64,000 bases of DNA from the NCBI GenBank assembly GCA_051530055.1, contig CM121342.1, forward strand, positions 9,067,480-9,131,479. Direction: 5' to 3'. This DNA is from Neoechinorhynchus agilis (taxonomy: Eukaryota; Animalia; Acanthocephala). Positions 13,163 through 25,249 of the stretch are shown here, piece by piece (the first letter of the stretch is position 1; each line of letters begins with the position of its first letter). The notes below the pieces were generated by a model that worked only from the letters and a program-made list of their open reading frames with translations, was not told where the DNA came from and did not search any database. The position numbers and the translations under genes were made by a program.

Positions 13163-13381
13163 TATCTTCATATCGGATCGTGTACTTCCATTTTAATATC
13201 AATTTATACAAATTAAAGGGGAAATTGTAGATTTTATTCAGTTCATTTGTCGATTCCTTTTGAAACATACATTTTCACCTTTATACTTTCAGTGATCGCA
13301 AGTATACTTAAAGAAAAAAGAGTAGATCTTCACCAAATCACCTTGCGAATTTTCAAGAGTCGTTAGTGCCTTTATATATAT

Positions 13382-13705
13382 TAACACCTTTATTTGTTAA
13401 TTAACAACGTAGAGGACACATGTACCTTTGGGTCCTCATGAACACTCGAGTTCTGATTTGTTAAATGAACGCGGTTGTTGATTTTGGAGCTGATTACGCG
13501 TTCGATCGGCTGTCCAATTCGGTCCTCGATTGAAGAAAATGGATGAAAGCTATTCGCTAAGGAACTTGCTTAGGGCATTCAAGACTGAGCGACTGCCACA
13601 CTTGGTCAGCAGGTCGCGTGGGGCTGTTGGAATCTTTTCCCGCCGTGTTCCACGCGCCCGCCAGGACTGAGTCGCAGGTACTCTTCCGCTTGAAACACCG
13701 CTGGG
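13382..13705 (-). mobile_element. 3' end of a LINE including last ORF2 codons and shared 3' tail (copy 2)
   Basis: Same tail as 4686; minus strand reads RDLLTKCGSRSVLNALSKFLSE* upstream of it. Confidence 0.55.
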
Positions 13706-13760
13706 CGAAAAGTACTTTTCCTTTCGTATTTTAATCTCTAATCTTCCTTTTTTTGCAGAT

Positions 13761-16247
13761 ATGACAAAGCCTCGTCGCTTTAGAAATTCGACTAGACGTC
13801 TTCAAAGGACATACGATGCAATTCATGAAGTTATTGAGCGACTTAACGTTTCAAACGAACTCACCGACTGTATAGATAAAGGAAACGAACTTTTGATACA
13901 AAGTGATCGACTCATGTTAGTACATCAACGATTTCAAAATGAACTGGATTGTTGTGAACGAGCAAAATTATTAATCCAAGATCTCAGTCAACTCCGTTCA
14001 GAGCTTAAAAATATTTCAGTTGGTATCGCATACTTCCGATGTGTTCGTTTCTTTTTTGAATATACTTCGCAACTATCTTCATTATGCAACAAAGTCGCAA
14101 AATCACCTGAGGATATACATCAAGCCAAACAAATGGTTGTTATTTATTCTCTTCTACATATTGAACTCAATAAACTGCGAAATCCAAAAACGACCTGTAG
14201 CTCAGTGATTAAGTACGGCGATCGCGTTGTTGAACGGCAATGTTTTGAACAAACGTGGAATACATTAAAATTAGTGATAGGAAATGAGTTAAGCAATATT
14301 GGATACCCTGTTCAAAGTGCTCTTAGTCCAATTGAACCAGCCGACCAAACCTATCATAATTTAATTGAGATATTGAAATTGTCTAGGGAATTGTATTTAC
14401 CTAGCCAAATGGAAGCAGTGGATGTAGAATGTAAGGAAAAATCTCGAGCAATTTATGTATTGGTTATTGCGGACGAATATTTATGTTCTGCGTACCATTG
14501 TGTACTTTTTCGGATAAAAACCACGAATTTGTACAAGTCTACTTTTTATACAAGCTAGGAAACCGCTCTTCATCTGTTTGCGTTGAGTAAAACAACTTTG
14601 AATCACTAACGTTGCTCTATTTAAAAAGAAAGCTAATCAAGGTATTCTAAACTAACATCTTTTACGAAGCTCTCGTTTATTCGTGCCACTTTTTTAGTTT
14701 CGTCTTACACGGAAAACCTTTTTTCACGTCGGTTTTTTCTTTTCTACTTAATATTTAAAACTTTGTGGAGAATTTTGAGGTTTTGCCATACGAAATATTA
14801 CCCTCTAGCTGTCCTATAAGGTAATGCTGGATTAAATTTACAAAATGAACTCACATTGCTCGTGATTCGTAAAATATTCCTCGAGACAATAATGGACATC
14901 CTTAGTCGAAAATACAGGTTCAATTTCGCAACTTCTAATCGCCCTACTAATCGTCTCGACAAACCAGAGTGGTTATTCGCTCAAGTGATCAATTGGTTTA
15001 CTGCCAATGAGAAATTTGTAGACTTGATTGGTGAGCGATGTCGATATTCAGGAGGTGATTTAAGACTCGTATTTTGTCAACTTATGTGCAAAATGATATC
15101 GTCAAAGGTTCACTCAGATCTTTTGTTTCTCACCAAGGAAGCAAATAGGCACTTGAATTTGATTTTGTATCATTATATCGACCAGCTTTTTTCGTTCGGT
15201 TGCAATATTCATTCTCTTGTAAAGTCCTACGTTCCTTTAAGCCCGCTGTTTCTCCAAGTTTGTGGAGATGATTCCGTTTTTGACGTAGTCTGGGCCATTC
15301 TTAAGCTCAGATCCATGGAATCAATTCGAATTGTTTTTAAAAGCACCGATTCTGATCTCGGAGAACTATGTATTTGTTTATTAACTTCCATCGTTGTCCG
15401 AATGAAAATGATGCCTTGTGCTAGCGTTCAGCTAAAATTTATTAATCTTATGAAAGAAGTCGTTGATGAAATTGCTATTTTGTTGACTGATCCTGCTAAT
15501 ATGAAGGTGGTTTGGACGATTTTGTTTCTTTGGGAGCTCTAATCACCTAAAATCAAAGATCATTGCAGGTATTTGAAATGCCTGAATGAGGTGCTGGAGT
15601 TCGTTGAAACTTTTAAACATTCCATTGACTATACTCGTCTACTTGTCCTACAACATGAATTCGATGGATTTCTGAAGGGTCAAGAACCATCACGCGACTT
15701 AACAACTGCCTTTGATCTTAAATTCCTAGCTGAAAGTACATTGTCACATGAAATTGAAGCCGCAAATCTAAAATCAATCGACGTTGGAGAATCTGAGTTA
15801 GAGAGGAGCAACCGTTTTCTGTTTAATTCGCTGTCTCAATCATTGTTTGCCTATTTCAAGCTATCAGGCTTCGACGAGTTTAAACGGTTAGTAAAAGAAG
15901 AACTTATTGCCAATGCGCGAACTCGAAATATTGTCGTTCGCAAAACGCTTCAATGTGTAGATACTCATTTGTACGAACACACAATATTAAATCAAAAATT
16001 CACAGATGATCAGGTTAGTGAACTTAAGGCCAGTGTTGAAGCCTTTCTCGCTGAATTGGGCCAAACGGGATCACTCGTGAAGACTAGGGAGGCCATTGAT
16101 GTTTTAATGACGCCAACGGAACTTGCTCAAAGACTCACTTGGTGCCAGCCGGACAATGAGGAAATTTTAAGCATTGTAGAAGAAAAAAATATTACCGCGC
16201 TTTCCAAGGACGAGGTACTTGTAGTTTTAGGATTAAAAGGCGTTTAA
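13761..16247 (+). CDS. RINT1: RINT1/TIP20 (NRZ tethering complex subunit)
   Basis: RKYRFNF...TNRLDKPEWLFAQV matches the RINT1 motif KRFRYHF...TNxLxKPEW; canonical intron 14431-14820; second interruption near 15505-15549 has no clean GT-AG solution. Confidence 0.85.
15503..15549 (+). other. Probable inverted-repeat intervening sequence in RINT1 (~45 nt, contains in-frame TAA)
   Basis: aggtggtttgga...tctaatcacc-TA; both flanking ORFs are in one frame; obvious GT (15507) and AG (15568) are out of phase; left boundary is GA rather than TA. Confidence 0.55.
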
Positions 16248-16329
16248 ATTGTTTTTTTCTTCTTCTAATGTTGGAATTTGACTATGAAAATCGGCAGCTT
16301 TCTAGATTTTTTTATTAAATTTCAGACAA

Positions 16330-18922
16330 ATGGAAAACGAAAACCTTACTTCGATTTACACCAATGGTGTACACTCAATGCAATACTTTGTTGATGCGGT
16401 CCATGGTTTGGGAAGCAACAACTGTGGAGTATTCGATGGAAAGTTGTTAAAATGCGATGGAAACGGTGATGTGTTCTGTGGAGCCACCGGAGCAATACTC
16501 GAAAAATATTTATGTGATCTTCGTGGATTTAAGGTTTCAAAACGGGAAGCGTTAACAATTCTTACAAGGTTTGAGTTAATTTTTTAAATGAAATACTTTA
16601 ATCCTTGCAGTGTAGGATGATTGAATTTCTACGTGAAAAACACGGGGAGTCTCTTCAATTATCAATTACAGAATCCCTGGAAGGTTGGAGCTAGCTTATT
16701 TGCCCTTGTGCTTAGTCAGTCGATCATAAAGATGCGATTGAAATTGTATCTGGCTCCATTGAATGCTTAGTAAGAAAAAGAAATGATGAGATTTGTCGAG
16801 ATGGATATATACCCTTGGTTTTGGAATATGACTTATCTTTGTGTGGCATATGTACCGTTGTCGCTATTTGTCTAACCATGCTCGCTGCACCTTTCATCGT
16901 TTGCAAACCGATTTTACGTTTAAAGGGCATTATTCCAAGAACTACATTTCCCTCTTTATTCTCAAAATTTTCAGAGTTATATTCATTGACTAAGAATTAG
17001 TGACCGGACAAAGTCTGTCGGCCAAGCTGTGACTTTCAGAAAGTATTTAATGGTATTAAAATTTCCTTACAAAGTCGCGGCAGTTAGAGTTGTTATTTAA
17101 GTAAGAATAAAAATACTCGGTTGACAAAACTGTGAATTTTTTATTGAAAATCTACCAATTTTTTAGTGCACAAATTTCATAATAAAATCATCGATAATCG
17201 TTTCGCCGGAATCGATATCCTATAGCCCTTTATTTATATTGTGCAGCTTTAGAGGCCGAATCGTTTATTGTAGCAAGTTTAAATATTAATATCGTATTAA
17301 TTCGGATTTAATTTTACCACGAAGCGTGTTTAATAAAGCATGTTACGAACTTTATTAGCTAATGTCCTTTAAAAGACAAAAAGTAATACTGATGGTGCTT
17401 TAATTTTTCTTCTTATGAAACACTTATCCTTGCCATTACTTATCACTGGTACGTCTATAAATTCTTTTGATTAAAGAACCACATTTATATTCCATTTAGA
17501 CGACATTTTCAAAGTACGTGATAAACTCAAAGAAGGCGAAAATCTCGATATTGTATCTAATATGATCTCAGAATTGACCTCAACATATGGCGTCTCACAA
17601 TCCAATAGCCTTCACGGAGTTCTGTTTGAAGGATGTGATATTGAAAGTGCATCGGCGCTTATTTCCCATAAAATACTGAATCAATATCGCCTGAAAAATG
17701 ATCACCATTTTGTAATTCATTCTCCAATATACGATACATTCGTTCGGTTGCTTGCGAAGAAGCTTTGCAACGTCGATAATGGCTTATGTATTGTTGATGA
17801 CTGTCAGGGAAGTATTTTCAAGTCACAAGGAGAGAAAAAGTGTGGAACTATTCACGTTTATAGAGGAGATTCCATTTATGATACCATTCGACTTACTGGA
17901 GAACGGTTTGCTGACTTTCCGTTCTTAACCGTTTGGTCCAATGATATAAATTTGGGTACGTCTTCTCTCTTTTTCATTGGATCTCTTTGAACATTTAGGG
18001 TTTTAGTCATGGAAATGGTCCAAAAGTCACGCGCTTTCATGATTACAATCAACTCATTTTGTAGAGGAAGAGCACTTTGTTCATGGATAATAAACGGAGT
18101 CGTCTTTCATCTCGAACCTTTCGTTGAACTTTTAAATCTGTTGAACACAAAGAACGCGTTTATACACCAACAACCGCAACCTGACGATCTGGCCTTCAGA
18201 ATTCACAAAGCATGGTAAGCGATATTGCTCGTCGCATTTTTAAAGATGAAAATTAATAATATTTTTGGGGAAATTTGTTGATATTTTTTGCAAAATCATC
18301 GATATGGCTTAATTGTACGACATGGATGTGGAAATGCCTACTTTGTGCTTAAGAGTAATGGATTTTTAGACGAATGAATGCCCAAGTTTCGGTTTTGTTC
18401 TCTTTTTTGAACCTATTCTCATTAACTTAAAAGCATTTGCATAAACTTGTTTTAAGGATTGATAAACCTCTGGATCAGATGCACGAGACTTTAGATGAGT
18501 TATTGTCACTGTTGGATAAGCCAGATAAATTTGAGTTTGTTCCTTCAAACAGATCCACGTTTGATATGAAACAGGATAAAACACTGGCGATTCTAAAACA
18601 ACGATATTCCGCGAAGCACGCTCATTTCGCACTTACGGCCCCTTTAAAGCCTTGCTATTTGAAGGCTATTTGTACATTTCTTTTTGATGGAACCTTAGTA
18701 ACGATATCGACTGACGATAAGAATTGTGAAGAGGCTTTGAAGAAATACCGATTACCAATTTCACAACTAGCAATAAGCAATCTGAGTGCCGGATTATATG
18801 TAGATGGATTTTATTATAAAGACGAAATGTTGAATACGAGCGATGGTCTCGAGATTATAATGAATTTGGGTAAGCAGGAAAAGATCGTAGTGCTGACCAG
18901 TAAATATTCCCATGGCGGATAG
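16330..18922 (+). CDS. Degenerate aldehyde-dehydrogenase-fold protein (ALDH16A1-like)
   Basis: Multi-exon with GT-AG introns; ALDH-like segments CGATGAIL, PLVLEY...APFIVCKP, FEGCDIESA...IHSPIYDTFVRLL, TVWSNDI...ITINS; no Cys at the expected catalytic position. Confidence 0.5.
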
Positions 18923-19669
18923 TGTTATTTTTTTATTTAAACCTTAAACCGTAACACTTCTATGAAAAGACTTCCTTTGATCATTCAAATATGATTGTTG
19001 CTTCACAAAAAGATCTTTACATAATGGATGTGGTGTGATTAGTCACAACTTTCCATTTCTTCGTAAACATAACACATCACAAGAAAACTCATGCACACTC
19101 ACGACTCGTTGCTTTTGCCTGGGTCCCATTTATGTCTCTAATGATCTTCTCGGAGGGATAAATTCTAAGTTAGTTTTGGATTAAGTTCAAGATTGAATGG
19201 AGTGCTTTATTAATGGTTCAGAATAAATGTTTAGATTTCGTTTCTGAATAATTACTTCTGTTAATTATCAAGAGAAAATCCTTCGGAATGATTAACTTGA
19301 AGACTTGGATAAAAAGTATCAGCCATCTAAAAAGGTTTTGATCGTTCAACATTGAGTTACTCGGGTACCAAATACTTGAATGAAATATTTGCCATCCCGG
19401 ATTATGATCGCCATATCGCTAATTCTATGATTTTGTTTTAAGATGAAGCGTCATTGCAGGTATCGATATTTTCTTATTCGAATAAAGGATGTGAAATTAC
19501 TAATAAACGAGCCACATTCGTCAAAAAATGCCGTTTACGCGTTAGACACCAACAATTGGATTATAGCATTCCCGTCTAGACTAATACTTAAGTTTCTTAG
19601 AATTATTGAGACTCTGTATACAGTCGCCTTTAAAAGCGTTGCAATAGTTATTTGTTTTTCACTTATTAG

Positions 19670-22024
19670 ATGTCATCCATCTCAAACGAAGCTCTTCAAC
19701 GTATTGCTCATCGTCTTCGTATCGAGAGTATCAGTGCCACCACAACTGCAAAATCCGGTCATCCAACGTCATGCGCATCCATTGCCGAGGCTATGGCTAT
19801 TCTTTTCTTCGACTCTATGAAATAAGCCATTCAATCTCGATGTAAATTGTCTAAAAGTCGAGATCGACTGGTAAATTCAACAAAGCATCCAAAATCCCAA
19901 CATGCGGATCGTTTGGTGCTCAGTAAAGGTCACGCTGCTCCAGTGCTTTACGCTGCGTACGCATTGGCTGGTCAGTTTGAAGTGTCGAAATTGTCGACTC
20001 TTCGTAAGATAGATTCCGTTCTTGAAGGGCATCCAACCCCTCGTTTGGATTTTGTCGATGTAGCCACCGGTTCACTTGGACAAGGATTAGGGTGTGCGGC
20101 TGGAATGGCCTGGGCCGGCAAATATCTTGACAAACTTCCATATAAAGTGTTTTGCATTCTGGGCGATGGTGAATGCGCTGAAGGCAGTGTCTGGGAGGCA
20201 ATGGCATTCGCGGCACATTATTCCCTAGATAATCTTGTGTGCATTATTGATTGCAATGAACTTGGTCAAAGTGAAGCTGTAATGACCGATGCTGAGGAAT
20301 ATGGACGCCGAGCTGGGTCTTATGGATGGCATACACGAATTATCCAAAATGGTAATGAGATTCGAGAGTTAAGAGAGGCTTTAAGAGCGTCAGTGACTTC
20401 TACAGTTAAAAAACCATTTTGTATTGTAATGCGGACTAAAAAAGGAGCTCACATGTATGGAATCAGTGGAAATGATGGGTGGCACGGTCGACCGTTGAAA
20501 GAAGATGAAGCTAAAAAGGTCATTGAAAAACTGAAATATTTAGCTTATGAAGGTGATATTGTTACTGAAAGGAAAGACGTTGACTTCCCAGCAGATGACA
20601 ATCAACCGTTGTGTCCGGATCTTGGTAATGACGCCCTAAAGCGAGAATCTTTAACAAGTAGCATTTGTAGCTTTATAGGTTGTTGTTTTGCTACTTTAAT
20701 TTGTTTGTAAAATGAAGCACTCGATTTTTGGCTGAACTCGAGATGTTTAATGTTTTGCCTTCCAAATGAGCTTTCTCGCGTTTTTCGTGTGCTAAAATTC
20801 GGAATGGTCCATTTGTTGTTTTTGCGATCTTTAAATTAAAATTTTTAAAAGCAAAATTCTTGATACGTCTAAAAAATTCCACGATTTGCTTAAGATTATC
20901 TCACCCATGAAATTATGAATCTTTTCCGCAATCTTCTACTATTAGATCCTGATAAATCTCGGTTTATGATTCGCTGAAATATAACATTTTACCGACAAAT
21001 AACAATGCGGAAAGGTTTGCATTCTCAAGTATTTACTTTAGAGGAATATAGCATCGTTAAGAAATTATAGATTTTCGCTATATTCTACAAACCTGAAGAA
21101 AAATTGGCAACTCGAAAGGTATACGGTGATGCAGTAGCACGAATCGGCTCAAAGGCGAGCAGGATAATTTGTCTTGACGGCGATACCAAGAACTCCACTT
21201 TTGCGTTGACCTTTAAAACCGCATTTCCTTCACGATTCATAGAATGTTTCATAGCTGAACAGAACATGATCAGTGTGGCTACAGGTCTTCAATGTCGAAA
21301 TCAAGCACTTCCGTTTGTCTCAGGATTCGCATGTTTCCTCACTCGAGCATTCGATCAACTACGAATGGCTGCAATCAGTAATGCTAGGATGGTCTGCGTT
21401 GGAAGTCACGCTGGATGTTCAATCGGTGAAGACGGTGGATCACAAATGGGTCTTGAGGATATTGCAATGTTTAGATCTCTTCCCAATAGTGTCGTCCTTT
21501 ATCCTTCCGATGCTGTTAGTTGTGAACGAGCCGTTGAGTTAGCCGCAGGTTTAAAGCATGGAATTTGTTACATCAGAACTGGTAGACCGGCGGTCCCTAT
21601 CGTCTACGCTCCCCACGAATCCTTCAAAGTTGGCCAATCACATGTCGTCCTAGAACACGGAGATCAAGATAAAGTGACTCTTGTCGGTGGAGGTGTTACT
21701 CTTTTTGAATGCTTAAAGGCAGCAGATCAATTAAAAAATGATGGAATTCACGTTCGCGTGATAGACGTCTTTTCAGTAAAACCATTGGACGCGCAGACCA
21801 TTTCTAAGAATACTCAGGAAACCGGTGGGAAGCTGTTGGTTGTAGAAGACCATTATCCTGAAGGTGGAATCGGTGAAGCAGTTGCTGCCGCAGTTGCAGG
21901 TCATTTCCAGTTTAGACATTTATGTGTACGAGAACTTCCACATTCAGGTGCTCCAGAGGAAATTTTAGCTGCAATGAAGATCGATGCTAATGCAATAATT
22001 GAAGCCGTGAATCAAATGGTCTAA
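19670..22024 (+). CDS. TKT: Transketolase; exons 19670-19824, 19876-20638, 21083-22024
   Basis: [70 protein letters not shown]; interrupted twice by non-canonical inserts. Confidence 0.97.
19823..19875 (+). other. Inverted-repeat intervening sequence 1 in TKT (51 nt removed)
   Basis: TA-agccattcaatctcga...tcgagatcgactggta-AA; contains in-frame TAA; removal gives [15 protein letters not shown] with the same spacing as human MRY-KSQDPRNPHNDR. Confidence 0.8.
20637..21082 (+). other. TA-bounded inverted-repeat intervening sequence 2 in TKT (444 nt removed)
   Basis: TA-a-agcgagaatct...agattttcgct-a-TA; removal gives [15 protein letters not shown] in frame; nearby GT donors are phase 1 while the AG at 21070 is phase 0. 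Confidence 0.8.
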
Positions 22025-22579
22025 GTAATCCTTACGGTAGAGCTTCAGTGAAATAAAACTTTTTGAGAGCAATTTGATTTTTGGAAAATTGAAATCGGAA
22101 AGCAGCGTAAACGTGGTTGTGCTGATTGAAAAGACCCGGAATCGCGATTATTTCAATCGTTTAATATATACAAAATGTGGCTTAAAGTAAATTTAAGCGT
22201 TTTTAGCTCGTGACTCTCTAAAATTACATCATTAATACTTAATGGCCACTTTCGCACTTTGAACTTATTATCCTTAGCTCGATTTTGATCGCGGAAAACC
22301 AGCTTCTGGAATCATTTCTTTATTTCCGATATTTGTAGGAACACCGAAAATGATGAACATTTTGGAATTATTTAAAAAGATCGATAATGAAATATCGATA
22401 CTTTTTATTTTTAAAAGAAGCAAACGAACACAACATTACCATTAAATTAATGCTGGCAGTATCGTAGAAGCGTAGTCTATTAGTTTTATAGACTCCATTA
22501 AAATTTACAACAAAATTTGTCAAATCATCGATATTTTTTAATTTCACAAGATTTAATTAGTAACCATAAACATTCACAC

Positions 22580-23090
22580 CACCGCACTGGATCACTCAGC
22601 TGCCGTCCTGGTGTAACGGTCGAAAGAACGGATGTCGCGTTCCTTCGTTGCGCAGCCAGACTTTTGTTTTGTAGGAGGAATGCTCCTGATCTCGGATCGC
22701 CAGTGATTCGTCTCAATCTCTTAGACAATTGCTTGACCAGGTCCTGCGCCGCGATACCAAACGAGCGGAGCGTCTCGATGCCAAAACGAAAAAATAATGA
22801 TTTCGATTCAGGCACCTGTATTTCGTATTTTTGCGGTCCTCGGCGGCGGTTGCTCCTCCCTTTAAAAAGCGGCGAAATTTATGCTGCTGGCTGCGAATGG
22901 CGCCCCAGAGAAGACAAATGCCTTCTTGTCACGGGATGCTGTGACACCGTCTCTGGCCATCGAGTCGGCGGACGCACTCAAAGTGTTCAGGGCAGGACTA
23001 AGAATTGCATTCACTTCGACGTATCGTGAGTATTGACGAGACCATGGCATCCCGATGGATCCACGGTCGCTCTGCAACGGCAGCGATGGA
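22580..23090 (-). mobile_element. Decayed CRE-clade non-LTR retrotransposon, 3' restriction-like endonuclease region
   Basis: Minus strand AAEDRKNTKY...FGIETL...RITGDPRSGAFLLQNKSLAAQRRNATSVLST resembles the CRE motif GDPRxxxFLxQRxSxAxQRGNAxSVLGT. Confidence 0.75.
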
Positions 23091-23290
23091 ATGTGTACAT
23101 CGGTACCTTAAGTCCTAGGGACACTGCAATCCTTACTGTCTCGTTGGAGGGTACCCGCAGTGGCAATTGGTATTTGAGCCAAGAACCCGATTCTCTTGTA
23201 GAGACTGTCGCCAATCGAGTTCGGTTCACCTGGCGTCTCGTCTAATTTTGCCAGCCTATCCTTATGTCTTAAAACATCGGGGTGACTCGG

Positions 23291-23362
23291 TGCCAGTCCC
23301 AAGCCCGGAAAAATTTGGAGGGTTGGCGTCAGGAAGGGCATCCGGCCGTAAAACCTTGAGCC
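23291..23362 (+). ncRNA. Twister-ribozyme-like motif in RTE 5' region
   Basis: GUCCCAAGCCCGGA...GGAGGG core as in characterised twister ribozymes; downstream hairpin and AAAC..GC fit a circularly permuted form; P2 pairs poorly and P4 has one A-C mismatch. Confidence 0.6.
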
Positions 23363-24582
23363 AAAAACACATCAGCAATGTCAAGTCTAATACCTCAGAT
23401 CGATCGGGCTAGGGCGTTCCCTTCATGCGACGCGCATACCCGGCGTCTGGGGTTTGTGAAAAATTATTCAGGGTTACCGGATCAACGACGGGTCCGGCTA
23501 AAGAAGCGAGTCGTTTTCAAAATACGAATCGGCACCCTGAGGCCGCACGAGAATGCGCCAAAGCCAAGAAGGAAGCTGATAACGACCTGTTTGAGCAATT
23601 ACAGCGAGGGAGTTGTAGAGATATGGTCTTCAGGTTGGCCAAAGTCAGGGATAAAAAATCGCGGGATAGCGTGCACCTCAAAATGATCAGTGATAGCCAT
23701 GGCAAGACGCTGGACCAATGCAAGGACATTTTGGATAGGTGGAAGGAATATTTCAGCACTCTGCTGAACACTGAGAATGACAGACTGCTTCTAGAGGACG
23801 TACACCCGAATGTCAATATGACGAGGCCGTACTCGTACGATGAGGTGGCTGCACAGCTCGGGAAAATGAAGACTGGTAGGAGCGCCGGTCCAGAGAACAT
23901 GCCGATCGAACTGTGGCAGTCAATGGGAGTCTTGGGAATAAAGTTGCTCATGGGGCTCTTTCAGAAGATAGATGTTGAGGAAAAGATCCCGTCGGAATGG
24001 CAGGGAAGCATATTGATACTGATCTTTAAAGGCAAAGGAGATGTTCTGCAGTGTAGAAGCTACCGCGGCATCAAACTCATGTCTCACACAATGAAACTGT
24101 GGTAACGAATGATCGATTACAGGATTAGCGAGGAGATCCGAATCAGCAAGGACCAACGAGCTGTATGAGAGGTTCAGTGCCCGTTGCACAGTGTGTTCGT
24201 CGGCGTACGACACGGTCCCTCGGGATCTAGCGATCCAGTGTGGGCATGGCTCAGTAAAAGGAATTGTCCCGAACACTATGTCGCGGCGATCCAAGCGATG
24301 TATCGAGAGTGCTACACCTGCGTGCGATGCCACAGCGGAACGACCGACTATTTCCGAGTCTCCGTGGGTCTACAACAGGATTCAGCCCTGAGCCCATTCT
24401 TGTTCGCGATCGTGATAAACGTCATAGGAAATGCGGAAAGAGAAATGAACGCACCATGAACGATACTATTCGCGGACGATTTAGTTCTCACAGCTAAGGA
24501 CGTGGACACGCTCAGAAATTTGCTGGAGAGTTGGCGACAGCGATTAGAGAGCAACGGATTGAGAGTGAGCAGGTGAAAAAAT

Positions 24583-25249
24583 GATCAACCAACTGATTTG
24601 GGTACGAGATGCAACGGAGACGACCACTGGCTATTTGAGCGTCTAATGATTCCAAGATCCTCCATATTTTTGAATTCGGATTTAGTAATAGCGAGTTTAT
24701 CGAGCGGGAGGTGTCGCGGTCTAGCATGGAGTGGTTGTCCGTGTGTCTCGATAATGTGCTCCACTGCATGTTTGGTCAAAACGTCCGAAAAGGTAGGTCT
24801 CGTTATATCGGGGAAATCTGCGAGAATTTTACTAAATTCGTCGTTCTTCGATCTGCGAAAATCGACGCTGAGGGCTTCGATCGATACAGGAACGGAGGCT
24901 AATGGTATCGTTGCGAAAGTTTCTGCACTAACCAACTGCTTATTCCTTACGTCGACCAGTAAAACTGAGTGTCGGAGGAAATCAGCGCCTAGGATAGGGT
25001 GGTAAACCGCGGCAATAGTGAGCATCCATTCCGTGTGAGTTTTAGCGAAATTCAACTGCAGTAGCTTATTGCCGAATGTTGGGATTATTGAACCGTTTGC
25101 AGCTGTAAGTGCTCTGCCAGGGTGTTTGGTCGGTTTATCGAGTGTTGTGGCTGGAAGGACGCTGATTTCGGCACCAGTATCCACTAGGAACCGTCGTAAA
25201 GTTTGGCGTTCGTTTAGGAAAAAGAGGCTATTGACAGAGGGACCGATCA
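24583..25249 (-). mobile_element. Ty3/Gypsy internal fragment (aspartic protease plus start of RT)
   Basis: FLVDTGAEISV, AANG, ILGADFL, SPLHLVPK; flanked by gatca at 24583-24587 and 25245-25249. Confidence 0.92.

Noticed and set aside
14431-14820. RINT1 intron 1 as a TA/IR insert (TCTCGA 11 nt from the donor)
   Set aside because: A strong in-phase GTAAGG...AG solution exists and there is no matching inverted repeat at the 3' end.
16918-17499. ALDH-like intron as TA(16921)-TA(17497) insert
   Set aside because: In frame, but only about 6 of 10 positions pair and an in-phase GT-AG reading exists; unresolved rather than supported.
19823-19825. Alternative genetic code (TAA read-through) in TKT and RINT1
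   Set aside because: TAA terminates ASNA1, RINT1 and TKT normally; read-through would leave 15-17 extra residues and cannot explain the TRMT2A frameshift.
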